NCBI GenBank assembly: GCA_027324805.1
Contig: DAHVRZ010000001.1
Location: 136,254-200,253, forward strand
Length of the DNA: 64,000 nucleotides
Source of the DNA: Candidatus Parcubacteria bacterium
Lineage (GTDB): Bacteria > Patescibacteriota > Minisyncoccia > UBA6257 > 2-01-FULL-56-20
Direction of reading: 5' to 3'
Numbering within the stretch: position 1 is the first letter of the stretch; each line of letters begins with the position of its first letter. Below are positions 1 to 9,827 of this stretch, piece after piece. The position numbers were made by a program, and so were the translations under genes. Under the pieces are notes generated by a model. That model made no database searches, was not told the DNA's origin, and saw only the letters and a program-made list of their open reading frames with translations.

Positions 1-874
1 CTTCGTACGATATCCCTTCACCGAAGAGAATATCGAACTCCGCAGCTTTGAACGGCGGGGCCACTTTATTCTTCACTACTTTCGCTTTCACGCGATTACC
101 GACGACATTCTCGCCTTTCTTCACCTGAGCGATGCGGCGGATGTCGATGCGTACCGATGCCGCGAAGGGAAGCGCGCGGCCGCCCGGCGTCGTTTCGGGG
201 TTGCCGAACATGACGCCGATCTTCATGCGGATCTGGTTTATGAAAATGATCATCGTCTGCGTGTTCGCGGCGAGAGCGGTGAGTTTACGGAGTGCTTGGC
301 CCATCATGCGCGCCTGGCGGCCGACGTGCTGTTCTCCCATTTCGCCCTCAAGCTCGGCCTGGGGCGTGAGCGCCGCGACCGAGTCCACGACGACGACCGA
401 GATCATGCCGGAACGGACAAGGCTTTCAAGGATATTGAGCGCCTCCTCGCCGCTGTCCGGCTGGGAGATGAGAAGTTCGTTCACGTTCACGCCGAGTTTC
501 TTCGCGTATTCCGGATCCATGGCGTGCTCGGCGTCAATGAATGCGCATTTGCCGCCCTGCTTCTGTGCCTGAGCCACGACATTCAGCGCGAGCGTCGTCT
601 TGCCGCTCGATTCGGGGCCGAATATTTCGACTACCCTTCCCCGGGGAAGGCCGCCGACGCCGAGTGCGAGATCGAGCGAGAACGAACCCGTCGAGACGAC
701 AGCCACGTCCACCTTGGTCACCTCGCCGAGGCGCATGATGGACCCCTCGCCGAACTTTTCCTGGAGCGATGAAAGAAGATTGTCGAGGTCTTTGGAGGAT
801 CCGGCCGCCGGGGATTGTTTTGAATGCACGGTCTTCGAAGGTGCCGCCGTTTTCGGTTTTTTATGTGGTGTCAT
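1..874 (-). CDS. recA: Recombinase RecA; C-terminus lies beyond the window start.
   Basis: Reverse-strand translation reads MTPHKK...[36 protein letters not shown]...QPDSGEEAL. This is the Walker A motif and L1/L2 region typical of RecA. The ATG lies at 872-874. Confidence 0.9.
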   Translation of the reverse strand, partial: MTPHKKPKTAAPSKTVHSKQSPAAGSSKDLDNLLSSLQEKFGEGSIMRLGEVTKVDVAVVSTGSFSLDLALGVGGLPRGRVVEIFGPESSGKTTLALNVVAQAQKQGGKCAFIDAEHAMDPEYAKKLGVNVNELLISQPDSGEEALNILESLVRSGMISVVVVDSVAALTPQAELEGEMGEQHVGRQARMMGQALRKLTALAANTQTMIIFINQIRMKIGVMFGNPETTPGGRALPFAASVRIDIRRIAQVKKGENVVGNRVKAKVVKNKVAPPFKAAEFDILFGEGISYE

Positions 875-931
875 GGGTTCATTATACCAGAAGCGGTATA
901 AAGAAACCTTCAAGAAAATAGCCCGAAATCC

Positions 932-1711
932 TTAGGGGTGCGGCGTTCCCGACGCTGTCGACGTCGGAGTCCGGTCGGTAGAGAGTGCCGGGGGATTCGT
1001 GGTCGAATTTGTGGTGGAGGCCGTCGGGGCCGGGGATCCGACGCCCTGGACCGGCGTACTTGTAGCTCCGCCTATCGGTTCATAAAGGATGGTTTCGGTA
1101 ATGGAACTTTGCCCGCCGAGGAATTTTTTTGCCGAAATTTTGAACGGGTTCTGTCCGGTGCCAAGGAGAACGGTCTCCTGCCAGGAACCGTCGGGTGCGA
1201 TGGGGATCTGCTGGGTATCGTTCAAATAGAGGGTGTCGGCGTTCGCTACCGTCCCCGCAAGCGTGATGGTGCTCGATGTCGTCGTGTAAGGATTCGCATC
1301 CGGGAAGTTTACCGTTATGATCGGCGTACCGAGAATGTGCGGCGCTTGGAATGCGAAATAGACAACAACGAGCGCGGCGGCGGCGATCAGCCAGAGGTAT
1401 TTCGGAGGCGTTTCCCTGATGAATCGATTGCGCGGAAGCGTATCCGCCGCCCCGGAGTAGTTCCTTATGGTGCCGTCCTTGCGGAGACGCTTCCACCACT
1501 CTTCGCCATCGAAGCCGAGCTCGTCGCCGAGCCGCAGGAGATAACCGCGGAGGTAGGGCGCGGAAGGCAGGGTATCGAAATCGCCCCGAAGAAGGCTTTC
1601 GATATGCATAGGCGCAATGCCCGTGGCATCGGCCAGTTTCTTGAGCGTCACCCCGCGTTCCTTGATCCGTTCGGAGAAGAATTGTTCGAACGATACGGCA
1701 TCCGTTTCCAT
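932..1711 (-). CDS. HTH-domain membrane protein, RodZ-like topology: N-terminal XRE-type HTH, one TM helix, Ser/Thr/Pro-rich C-terminal tail.
   Basis: N-terminus VTLKKLADATGIAPMHIESLLRGDF is HTH-like. One TM segment YLWLIAAAALVVVYFAF. The C-terminus is low complexity. Confidence 0.5.
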   Translation of the reverse strand: METDAVSFEQFFSERIKERGVTLKKLADATGIAPMHIESLLRGDFDTLPSAPYLRGYLLRLGDELGFDGEEWWKRLRKDGTIRNYSGAADTLPRNRFIRETPPKYLWLIAAAALVVVYFAFQAPHILGTPIITVNFPDANPYTTTSSTITLAGTVANADTLYLNDTQQIPIAPDGSWQETVLLGTGQNPFKISAKKFLGGQSSITETILYEPIGGATSTPVQGVGSPAPTASTTNSTTNPPALSTDRTPTSTASGTPHP

Positions 1712-1750
1712 GCCCTCATTTTATGCGGGAGCGAGGAATTAGTCCACCTT

Positions 1751-3997
1751 CTACGAGAGTCGCTCTTCTATCTTTTCGATATCCACGTCGCGGGGCTTTG
1801 CACCTTCGCCGGGACCGATGTAGCCGGCGGATTCCATGAGATCGAGCAACCGCGCGGCGCGCGCATAACCGACTTTGAGCCGACGCTGGAGGAGCGAGGC
1901 GGATGCTTTCTTCGCTTCGGCAACCGTGGCGAGCGCTTCGTCAAAAAGATCATCTTCCGCCTCGTCACCCTCTCCGCCCGCGCCACCGCCTTGAAGAAAA
2001 GCGTCGAGACCTTCGGGTGCGATCGGACCTGCCTTGTCTATATTTTCCTGCTCCGCATCCACTTCGGGCTTGCCTTCGCCTTCGGCCATCTGCGGCTTGT
2101 TGTTCTCTTTGATGAAACTCACAACCGATTTCAATTCTTCCTCTGTGATATATGACCCCTGGATGCGCTTCGGCTTGGAGAGGTCGGCCGAGAGGAAGAG
2201 CAGGTCGCCGTGACCGAGCAGTTTTTCCGCTCCGGCAGTATCGAGAATGGTGCGCGAATCGATCTGCGATGCCACCTGGAGCGCAACGCGCGCCGGGATG
2301 TTCGCCTTGATGAGGCCGGTGATCACTTCGACCGACGGGCGCTGGGTGGCAAGAAGGAGATGGATGCCCGTTGCGCGGGCCATCTGCGCGAGGCGCACAA
2401 TCGCGCCTTCGACGTCGCGGCCGAACGAACTCATAAGGTCGGCCATCTCGTCGATGCCGATCAGGATGTAAGGAAGCGCCTCCTCGCCCTTGTGCGAGCC
2501 GTTGTAGCTCTTGATGTCGCGCGACCCGGCACGCTGGAGGAGTTCGTAGCGGCGTTCCATTTCGCTGATCGCCCAGCGAAGCACGCCGAGCGCTTTCTTG
2601 TTCTCGGTGATGACCGGCGTGATGAGATGGGGGATGCCGTCGTACATCGAAAGCTCCACACGCTTCGGGTCGATGAGCGCAAGGCGGAGCGTGGCCGGAG
2701 AATTCTTATAAAGGAGCGAGGTGATAAGCCCGTGGACGAGGATCGATTTTCCGGATCCCGTCGCACCGGCAACGAGCATGTGCGGCATCTTCTCGATGTT
2801 CGCGAAGATCGGTTCGCCGGATACGTCGCGGCCGAGGGCGAAGCTGAGCGGTCCCGATGTCTGGAATTCCGGATAGTTCATGAGCGAGCCGAGGCGTACC
2901 AAGGCGGCCGCCTTATTCGGCACCTCGATACCGACAAGCGACTTGCCCGGAATCGGCGCTTCGATGCGCACGGGGTGTGCGGCGAGGGCGAGCGCGAGAT
3001 CGGGATTGAGTGCCGTGATGCGTGAGAGCTTCATTCCTTCCGCGGGCTTCAGCGTATAACGCGTGACCGCAGGGCCTACATTGATCTCGCCCATCTCGAC
3101 TGCGATACCAAATGATTCGAGCGTCCTCTTTATTATGTTTGCATTCGCGAGAAGGTCGCCCGTCGTCGGCTTGCTCGAATCGGACTTGAGGAGCGAGAGC
3201 GGCGGCGGCACGTAGTTTGCAAAGACGGGCGCTTTGGGAGGATTCTTCTTTGATTTGCCGAGTTCATTGCCGTCTTTCGCGTGGACCACGGCGAGATCTC
3301 CCGCGGCGGCATCTTTCTCTTTTTTATCTTTCGCGCCCTTGCCGTTCTTTCCTTCGGCATCCGACGCCTCTTCGGCGACTCCTCCCTTTTCCGGTTCCGT
3401 TCCGGTGACGATGAGCGGCGTCTCCTCCTCTTCTTCGGCCTCATCCGTCATCTCTTCCTTCTTGGGCCACGTGATCTTCAGGGGAACATTCGCCGTAACA
3501 AGGATCGAAATTATCAATATGAAGAGGTTGATGACGAGTGAAGCAATCGTGCCGAATGGGGTCCGCAGCGAGCCGAGGGCGAGGCCAAGCCATCCGCCAT
3601 TGCCGGGGGAAAGGATCTCGATCGTGCCAAGGAACGAGAGTACCAAAAGAAGGGCGCCGAGCGTCGTCGTGCCGAGGATCCTTCGGCGGCCGGCCACGAT
3701 GAGCACGATGGCATTGAAAAAGAGGGTTGCGGGAAGGATGAAATAGCCCCAACCGAGAAGGGCGTTCAAGCCTTTATACATGAGAACTCCGGCGGGTCCG
3801 GCGAGTCCGAATCCCGCGAGCGTGAGCACGATCGCGATACAGATGAACGCCGTCGCCCATATGGAGTTTGCCGTCTCGGGATGGATGAAGGGTTCCCGTT
3901 CCTCCCGTGCGTTGCGCGGTACGCGCTCGTCGGTTTTGCCTCTCCTGCTGTCGGCGGCATTCTTTTTTCCGCCGCGTCCGCGTTTCCGTTTTGCCAT
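1751..3997 (-). CDS. ftsK: DNA translocase FtsK/SpoIIIE.
   Basis: N-terminal TM helices, a K/E-rich linker, a motor domain with VAGATGSGKS Walker A, and a C-terminal gamma winged helix (LLQRRLKVGYARAARLLDLME). Confidence 0.9.
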   Translation of the reverse strand: MAKRKRGRGGKKNAADSRRGKTDERVPRNAREEREPFIHPETANSIWATAFICIAIVLTLAGFGLAGPAGVLMYKGLNALLGWGYFILPATLFFNAIVLIVAGRRRILGTTTLGALLLVLSFLGTIEILSPGNGGWLGLALGSLRTPFGTIASLVINLFILIISILVTANVPLKITWPKKEEMTDEAEEEEETPLIVTGTEPEKGGVAEEASDAEGKNGKGAKDKKEKDAAAGDLAVVHAKDGNELGKSKKNPPKAPVFANYVPPPLSLLKSDSSKPTTGDLLANANIIKRTLESFGIAVEMGEINVGPAVTRYTLKPAEGMKLSRITALNPDLALALAAHPVRIEAPIPGKSLVGIEVPNKAAALVRLGSLMNYPEFQTSGPLSFALGRDVSGEPIFANIEKMPHMLVAGATGSGKSILVHGLITSLLYKNSPATLRLALIDPKRVELSMYDGIPHLITPVITENKKALGVLRWAISEMERRYELLQRAGSRDIKSYNGSHKGEEALPYILIGIDEMADLMSSFGRDVEGAIVRLAQMARATGIHLLLATQRPSVEVITGLIKANIPARVALQVASQIDSRTILDTAGAEKLLGHGDLLFLSADLSKPKRIQGSYITEEELKSVVSFIKENNKPQMAEGEGKPEVDAEQENIDKAGPIAPEGLDAFLQGGGAGGEGDEAEDDLFDEALATVAEAKKASASLLQRRLKVGYARAARLLDLMESAGYIGPGEGAKPRDVDIEKIEERLS

Positions 3998-4065
3998 AAT
4001 GCCATTATTTTAGCACCATTGACGGCATCGTGCATGGTGTTTTCTCGGGGAAAACCCCGGCCCGG

Positions 4066-5910
4066 CTACACGATGTCGAGCGGCGTTTCGGAAAGCACCT
4101 TCTCGAAGAGTTCCACGGCCGCCCGTTCGATGGTTTCCGCAATTCCCTCTATGGCCTCCGTAGTTCCTTTGCCATCTTTCGTTTCGCCGTGGACCGCCGT
4201 GTAATATTTCATCTTGGGCTCCGTGCCCGAAGGGCGGATATGGAGGGCGGTACGCTCGTCATCGGTGAAGAAGAAGGAGAGCATATCGCCCCGGTCCCAA
4301 TCCCTCGATTCGATGAGGGCTCCTGTCGCGCCGTCCCTCACTTCGCCCGTGAGGCGGTCCATTATTTTGACGATGCGCCTCCCGCCGAGCTCCCTCGGGA
4401 GCTCTCCGCGCAACTTCCTCATAGCGAGGTTCATCCTGTCGAGCGCCCCAAGGCCTTCGATCTGCCGGCTGTAGAGACGCTCGCCGTAATATCCGTATAT
4501 CCCATAGATCGATCCGAGGAGGTCCATGGGGGTCATTTTGTTGGCTTTGCACCATGCCGCCATCTCCGCGGCGATGATCGCGGGAGTTTCCGCGCCCTTG
4601 TCCCGGTAAGCGTCACCGAAGAGATATCCGCAGCTTTCCTCGCAGCCCATCACGAAATGCTTTTCCGGGGGAAGGTGCTCCAACCGGTCGCCGATAAACT
4701 TGAAGCCGACGAGGAGGTCGCCGATCACCGTCGCGCCGAAGCGCTCCCCGATGTCGCGCACCAGGTCCGTTGTCACCGACGTCTTGATGATCACCGGGTT
4801 TTCCGGCATCGTTCCTGCCCCGGCGCGGCTTTCCATCGCGAAATGCGCGAGGAGCGCCGCCGTCCGGTTTCCCGTAAGCACGTTCCAAACGCCATCCTTG
4901 TCCGGAACCGCAATGCCGAGGCGGTCGGCATCGGGATCGGAGACGATCACGATATCGGCGGCCTTCGCTTTTGCGAGCGCGATCGCCTGCTCGTATACCG
5001 CCGGAAACTCCGGATTGGGGAAGTGCCCTTTGACCGTCGGGAAATTCCCGTCGAGACTCATCTGTTCTTCGACGGGAAGAATATCCCCAAAACCGGCGCC
5101 TTTGAGCGCAGGAAGCACCGACTGCGATCCCACGCCGTGGAGCGGCGAATACACGATGCGCACGTCCCTCTCGGGCCTTACGGACACCTTCTTCGCCGCT
5201 TCAACGAAAGCATCGTCCGTCTCGCCGCTTATGGTGCGAACGAGGCCCTGCGCCACGGCATCATCGAAGGACATCTTCTTTATAGAGGAAGCGCTCGCAT
5301 TGAACTCCTTTTCGATCAGGAGGCCCTCTTCGGGCAATACCTGCACGCCGTGCTCGTCGTACACTTTATATCCGTTGAATTCCGGAGGATTATGGCTTGC
5401 GGTGATCACGATGCCGCCGCCGAGCGAAAGATGGCGGACGGTGAACGAAAGCTCGGGCGTTGCCCGGTAGTAAGGGAAGATATGGACGGCGATGCCGTTC
5501 GCCGTGAGCACTCTGGCGGTCTCTTTCATGAATCCGTCCGAGTTCAGCCTGCTGTCATAGGCGATGGCGACCCCCTTTGCCGCCGCATCCTTTCTATGGT
5601 TCAGGAGATATTGCGCGTACGCCTGCGAGGCCCATCGTATCGTGTGATTGTTGATGCGGTTCGTGCCGATTTCCATCGTCCCGCGGATCCCTCCCGTACC
5701 GAAGAGGACGGTCCGGTAGAAGGCATCCATCAGGAAATCCCAATCACCATCCTTTATCTTCGCCGTGAGCTCGGGCACGAACTCCGCGAATTCGTCCTCC
5801 GTGAACCATCGTGCGATCTCGTCGTGCGCGGTTTTGTTCAGCTTTTTCGCCCCGAGCGCCGCCTCAAGGGCCGCCGTCGCATCGAACGGCGTTTCCATAA
5901 CGATATCCAT
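4066..5910 (-). CDS. Phosphoglucomutase/phosphomannomutase (alpha-D-phosphohexomutase family).
   Basis: Active-site phosphoserine motif ITASHNPPEFNGYKV. Length of 614 aa fits the family. Confidence 0.85.
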   Translation of the reverse strand: MDIVMETPFDATAALEAALGAKKLNKTAHDEIARWFTEDEFAEFVPELTAKIKDGDWDFLMDAFYRTVLFGTGGIRGTMEIGTNRINNHTIRWASQAYAQYLLNHRKDAAAKGVAIAYDSRLNSDGFMKETARVLTANGIAVHIFPYYRATPELSFTVRHLSLGGGIVITASHNPPEFNGYKVYDEHGVQVLPEEGLLIEKEFNASASSIKKMSFDDAVAQGLVRTISGETDDAFVEAAKKVSVRPERDVRIVYSPLHGVGSQSVLPALKGAGFGDILPVEEQMSLDGNFPTVKGHFPNPEFPAVYEQAIALAKAKAADIVIVSDPDADRLGIAVPDKDGVWNVLTGNRTAALLAHFAMESRAGAGTMPENPVIIKTSVTTDLVRDIGERFGATVIGDLLVGFKFIGDRLEHLPPEKHFVMGCEESCGYLFGDAYRDKGAETPAIIAAEMAAWCKANKMTPMDLLGSIYGIYGYYGERLYSRQIEGLGALDRMNLAMRKLRGELPRELGGRRIVKIMDRLTGEVRDGATGALIESRDWDRGDMLSFFFTDDERTALHIRPSGTEPKMKYYTAVHGETKDGKGTTEAIEGIAETIERAAVELFEKVLSETPLDIV

Positions 5911-5991
5911 AACGAGATTATACCATCGGCGCCGCGCGGCGTTACCCCGCTTTCATTGACAGCGTCATCCGAAACTCCTATATTCCAGGTA

Positions 5992-6471
5992 ATGCCGGAA
6001 TTCCTTAACAACTCCAACGGTACGCCGCTTACCATCGACCAGGTGGTGGCGGAGATCGTCGCGTTTATGAGGGCGGAACCGGAGCGGCATTATAAGGTGA
6101 CGCTTGGGACCGACTCCGAACTGCTCGCCGACAAGGATGCCGACTTTGTGACGGCGGTCGTCGTGCACCGCATCGGCAACGGCGGGCGCTATTTTTGGCG
6201 GCGGTTCGAGCTCGGCAAGTTCCATACGCTTCGCGACCGCATGATCCGTGAGGCGCTCATCTCGCTCGATCTTGCGCGCAAAGTGCTCGAGGCGCTCAAG
6301 AAGGAGCCGCTTCCCGAATTCGAATTCGAGATCCATGCGGACATCGGCGAGCGCGGCCCGACGCGCGCGGTGATCCAGGAGATCGTCGGCATGATCCGTG
6401 CGAACAACTTCGAGGTACGCATCAAACCTTTCAGCTATGCCGCGACGAACGTTGCGGATCGGCATGTATAG
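5992..6471 (+). CDS. Hypothetical ~160 aa protein, possibly an RNase H-like fold (DUF458/YkuK-like, unverified).
   Basis: This is the 3' part of track ORF 4030..6471; the upstream part is antisense to the phosphomutase gene. In-frame ATG at 5992, preceded by TATATT 7 nt upstream. Acidic Asp/Glu residues in the KVTLGTDSE...VVVHRIGNGG...IHADIGERG pattern. Confidence 0.45.
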   Translation: MPEFLNNSNGTPLTIDQVVAEIVAFMRAEPERHYKVTLGTDSELLADKDADFVTAVVVHRIGNGGRYFWRRFELGKFHTLRDRMIREALISLDLARKVLEALKKEPLPEFEFEIHADIGERGPTRAVIQEIVGMIRANNFEVRIKPFSYAATNVADRHV

Positions 6472-6485
6472 CGCAGTCATCATTA

Positions 6486-7052
6486 ATGGCATTAGACACC
6501 ATCGTTTTCGATATCGAGACCCAGAACTTCTTTACTGACCCGGGTGTGGGCCGGGATAATTTCGGTGCGCTCAAAATCTCCGTGGTGTGCGCATATTCCT
6601 ATCTTGAGGACCGCTACCACTGCTACGAGGAGCACGAGATGGACAAACTTGCGGAGCTCTTCGCGGGGGCCAAGCGGATCGTCGGGTTCAGCATGAATCG
6701 CTATGACATTCCGGTACTTACGCATTATTTCAAGAAGCTCAAAAATGTGGCCGTGCCGGATCTTTGGGCGATGGAACGCGTTGACCTTTTGCAGGAGATC
6801 GAGTTTGCGGCGGGACATCGCATCGGACTTGCCCAGCTTGCGGAAGCGAATCTTGGAGCGACGAAGACCCATCACAGTTCCGAGGCCGGCGCCCTCTATG
6901 CCGAGGGAAAGATGGATGAGTTGAAGGAATACTGCACGAATGACGTGAAGCTTACGAAGGAGCTGTATGATCTCTATCGTACACAGCATTTCCTCCTGAT
7001 TCCGCGCCGCAGGGAAAGCGGTTATGCGAAGATCGAGTTTGCGAAACTATAA
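6486..7052 (+). CDS. DEDDy-type 3'-5' exonuclease (RNase H-like superfamily, PolB-exonuclease-related stand-alone type).
   Basis: Exo I motif VFDIET, Exo II-like NRYDIPVL, and Exo III YCTNDVKLT (a Y-x3-D pattern). Confidence 0.6.
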   Translation: MALDTIVFDIETQNFFTDPGVGRDNFGALKISVVCAYSYLEDRYHCYEEHEMDKLAELFAGAKRIVGFSMNRYDIPVLTHYFKKLKNVAVPDLWAMERVDLLQEIEFAAGHRIGLAQLAEANLGATKTHHSSEAGALYAEGKMDELKEYCTNDVKLTKELYDLYRTQHFLLIPRRRESGYAKIEFAKL

Positions 7053-7054
7053 CA

Positions 7055-8314
7055 ATGGAGAGGCGTATCTATCTCGACCATGCGGCAGGGACGCCGGTCG
7101 ACCCGCGCGTGGAGCGTGCGATGAGACCTTATTTCTTACGATCATTCGGCAATCCCGGATCGCTCCACTTATTCGGACAGGAGGCGATTGCGGCCGTTGA
7201 TGCGGCGCGCGAGGCGATTGCGCGCCTCATTGGCGCGGATTTCCGCGAGGTCGTGTTCACTGGGTCCGCAACGGAGGCGAACAATCTCGCCCTGCGCGGT
7301 GCGATACGAGCATGGAAGGACGACCCTGCCAATAAGGGACGTGCGCCGCGCGTCATCGTGAGCGCGATCGAACATGAGTCGGTGCTTGAAACGGCACGTG
7401 ATCTTGCGCGGGAAGGAGCCGAGGTTATTTGCGCGCCAGTGGATGGCAGAGGGGCGGTGGATCCCGAGTGGATCATCCATGCGATCCATGGCAATGGCAA
7501 TGACGGGAGGACCGCCATCGTTTCCGTGATGTACGTGAACAACGAGATAGGGACGGTTGAACCCGTTGCTGCGATAGCGGAAGCGGTGCGCACCGCGCGT
7601 GAAAAAAGCGGTGCGCACCGCGCGATCTCAAAGTGGCCGCTTTTCCATACCGATGCGGCCCAGGCTTTCCAATATTTCGACTGCGACGTAAAAAGGCTCG
7701 GTATTGATATGATGACGCTTTCGGCGCACAAAATCTGCGGCCCTAAAGGCATCGGGGCGCTTTTTGTCCGTGCAGGAACACCCCTCGCGCCGGTCGTGAC
7801 GGGCGGCGGCCAGGAGTTCGGCCTCCGTTCGGGGACGGAAAACGTGCCGCTCATCGTCGGATTTGCAAAAGCCGCGGAGCTCGCCGTCGCCGCACGTTCC
7901 GGAGAGACGAAGCGCGTCGCTTCCCTCAGGAATCATTGCATAAAAGGCATAAAAGAAATCTCAAGAGATGTCGAAATAAACGGGAACGGCGGAATATCTT
8001 TTTCCCCGGAGGTGGCGCCGCATATAGTGAATGTTTCTTTTCCCGGGAAGGCGGCGGAAGATATTGTCATGCGTCTGGATCTTGCCGGTATCGCCGTCTC
8101 GTCCGGATCGGCATGTCGGGCGCGTGCCATAGAGCCTTCATATGTGGTCCGTGCGCTTGGCGCAGGCTCCGGGGACGGCTCGGGGCACGATGCCGCTGCG
8201 AAGATCGACGCCGACGTTCTTGCGCGATCGAGCATCCGCGTGAGCTTCGGCCGTACGACCGGAAAAGCGGATATAGACAGGCTCCTTGCCGCCATTACGG
8301 GGATCTTCCGCTGA
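7055..8314 (+). CDS. Cysteine desulfurase (class V aminotransferase, IscS/NifS-like).
   Basis: PLP-lysine motif SAHKICGPKGIGALF. His-rich and GSATEANN regions are typical of this family. Confidence 0.85.
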   Translation: MERRIYLDHAAGTPVDPRVERAMRPYFLRSFGNPGSLHLFGQEAIAAVDAAREAIARLIGADFREVVFTGSATEANNLALRGAIRAWKDDPANKGRAPRVIVSAIEHESVLETARDLAREGAEVICAPVDGRGAVDPEWIIHAIHGNGNDGRTAIVSVMYVNNEIGTVEPVAAIAEAVRTAREKSGAHRAISKWPLFHTDAAQAFQYFDCDVKRLGIDMMTLSAHKICGPKGIGALFVRAGTPLAPVVTGGGQEFGLRSGTENVPLIVGFAKAAELAVAARSGETKRVASLRNHCIKGIKEISRDVEINGNGGISFSPEVAPHIVNVSFPGKAAEDIVMRLDLAGIAVSSGSACRARAIEPSYVVRALGAGSGDGSGHDAAAKIDADVLARSSIRVSFGRTTGKADIDRLLAAITGIFR

Positions 8315-8399
8315 AACTTTTTTTAAAATCGAAGCGTAATATCCTATAAAGGCCAGACCTCATTGTTTTGCGTAAATTAATTTGCGTCCAATAACAACT

Positions 8400-9683
8400 A
8401 TGTCTACGAAAAAGAAAACAGCGGCAATTGCGGGTATTATCGTCATTGTCGGGGCTAGTGCGTTCATATTCAGGGGTAGTATTGTTGCGCGCGCCGCAAC
8501 AAATCCATTTTCCACATTTTGGAACGATCTTACCCAACCCTTCACCGGGCGGACCGTCACTACGAGCGGAAACCTCGCGAACACCGGAACATCAACCCAG
8601 CTTTATGCTCCCGATGACCAATACGAGAGCGACGTGATGGCTGCAGTGAAGAGGGTGTCGCCTGCGGTCGTTTCTATCACCATCTCCGAGAACGTGCCGA
8701 TCATCGAGAACTGTCCGAACGGTTTTTCTGGCAACCTTCCGCTGGGATTCCAGCAGTTTCTCGGGAACATTCCGACCTCCACGCCGTGCAACAGCGGACA
8801 GACCCAGCTGCAGCAGGTGGGCGGCGGTTCCGGGTTCATCATCTCGCCCGACGGCCTCATTCTCACCAACAAGCACGTCGTCTCCGACACGACCGCGCAA
8901 TATTCGGTGCTCACGAATGACGGGAAGACCTATAAAGCGACCGTGCTCGCGCGCGATCCCAACCAGGACCTCGCAGTCCTCAAGATAAATGCGACCGGCC
9001 TGCCGACGGTCACGCTCGGCGATTCGAACGGACTCCAGCTTGGTCAGACGGCGATCGCCATCGGCAATGCCCTTGGCCAGTTTTCCAACACGGTCTCCGC
9101 GGGCGTGGTCTCCGGCCTCGAGCGTACGGTGACGGCATCGTCGCCCGATACGGGCGCAGAAGAGACGCTGAACGGCGTCATCCAGACCGATGCGGCCATC
9201 AATCCGGGCAATTCCGGCGGGCCGCTCGTGGATCTCCGCGGCGACGTAATCGGCATAGACACTGCCGTTGCATCGAATGCGCAGAGCATAGGCTTTGCTA
9301 TCCCGATTAACCAGGCGAAGTCGGCTATCAATTCCGTCGAATCCACGGGGCAGATCAAGGTGCCGTATCTCGGCGTGCGGTACGAGCCGGTGACGGCGAC
9401 ACTCGCATCATCGAAGAAACTCCCCGTTTCCTACGGCGCGCTTGTCTCGGCGGGGAATACCGGCAAGGCGGCGGTGGTGCCCAATTCGCCTGCTGCAGCC
9501 GCCGGGATCAAGGCAGGCGACATCATCGAGTCCGTGGACGGTACGCAGGTGAATTCCAATAATGATCTTGGTAATCTGATTGACCAGTATTCGGTGGGGG
9601 ATACGGTGACGCTTATCGTTGCGCGCGGCACCCAGATGCTCACGCTCAAAGCGACGCTCGCCGAACGGCCGGCAGGGTCATAG
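8400..9683 (+). CDS. htrA: HtrA/DegP-family serine protease with a C-terminal PDZ domain and an N-terminal TM anchor.
   Basis: Catalytic motif GNSGGPLVDLRGDVIGI, plus His/Asp regions (TNKHVV, DLAVLK). The track ORF begins with a TTG at 8382; the ATG at 8400 (MSTKKK) is preferred. Confidence 0.85.
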   Translation: MSTKKKTAAIAGIIVIVGASAFIFRGSIVARAATNPFSTFWNDLTQPFTGRTVTTSGNLANTGTSTQLYAPDDQYESDVMAAVKRVSPAVVSITISENVPIIENCPNGFSGNLPLGFQQFLGNIPTSTPCNSGQTQLQQVGGGSGFIISPDGLILTNKHVVSDTTAQYSVLTNDGKTYKATVLARDPNQDLAVLKINATGLPTVTLGDSNGLQLGQTAIAIGNALGQFSNTVSAGVVSGLERTVTASSPDTGAEETLNGVIQTDAAINPGNSGGPLVDLRGDVIGIDTAVASNAQSIGFAIPINQAKSAINSVESTGQIKVPYLGVRYEPVTATLASSKKLPVSYGALVSAGNTGKAAVVPNSPAAAAGIKAGDIIESVDGTQVNSNNDLGNLIDQYSVGDTVTLIVARGTQMLTLKATLAERPAGS

Positions 9684-9712
9684 CGCTTTTCCCGCATATA
9701 ACCTTGTTCATT

Positions 9713-9760
9713 AGCAATCTCAACTTGAGATTGACAATGCTCGTTTGCGGGGCGTATACT
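9713..9760 (+). promoter_or_regulatory. Putative clpB promoter: TTGACA at 9731-9736, an 18-nt spacer, then TATACT at 9755-9760. It overlaps an inverted repeat AGCAATCTC-N5-GAGATTGAC at 9713-9735.
   Basis: Read directly from the sequence. The inverted repeat resembles CIRCE (TTAGCA...TGCTAA flanks) but has a 5-nt spacer rather than 9. Confidence 0.4.
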
Positions 9761-9827
9761 TTCCTATAACACGTTATGCGTGCGATGAAACAATCGCCTT
9801 CGCGGAAAGGTATAATATAAGAAATAA

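Noticed and set aside
938-2155. Long antisense ORFs opposite recA/ftsK, clpB (10722..12575, 617 aa), the surface-protein gene (15570..16691, 17406..18701), topA (52363..53580), ppsA (62856..63782) and others.
   Set aside because: Each lies opposite a gene with strong motif support and shows biased Arg/Ala/Gly/Pro composition with no recognisable domains. They are stop-codon-poor antisense frames of a high-GC genome.
4030-6471. 813-aa plus-strand ORF, the longest in the track.
   Set aside because: From 4066 to 5910 it is antisense to a well-supported phosphohexomutase gene and translates to Arg/Gly/Ala-rich low-complexity sequence typical of GC-rich antisense frames. Only its last 160 codons (5992-6471) look like a real gene.
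8315-8399. AT-rich palindrome AAATTAATTT with flanking TTGCGT direct repeats upstream of htrA, as a possible regulator site.
   Set aside because: It is short and low-complexity in the only AT-rich stretch available for a promoter, so a -10/UP element is more parsimonious. It is mentioned only for completeness.
9711-9736. Canonical HrcA CIRCE element upstream of clpB.
   Set aside because: The flanks resemble CIRCE, but the spacer is 5 nt rather than 9 and the core reads CAATCTC rather than CACTC. It is reported as a distinct inverted-repeat operator instead.
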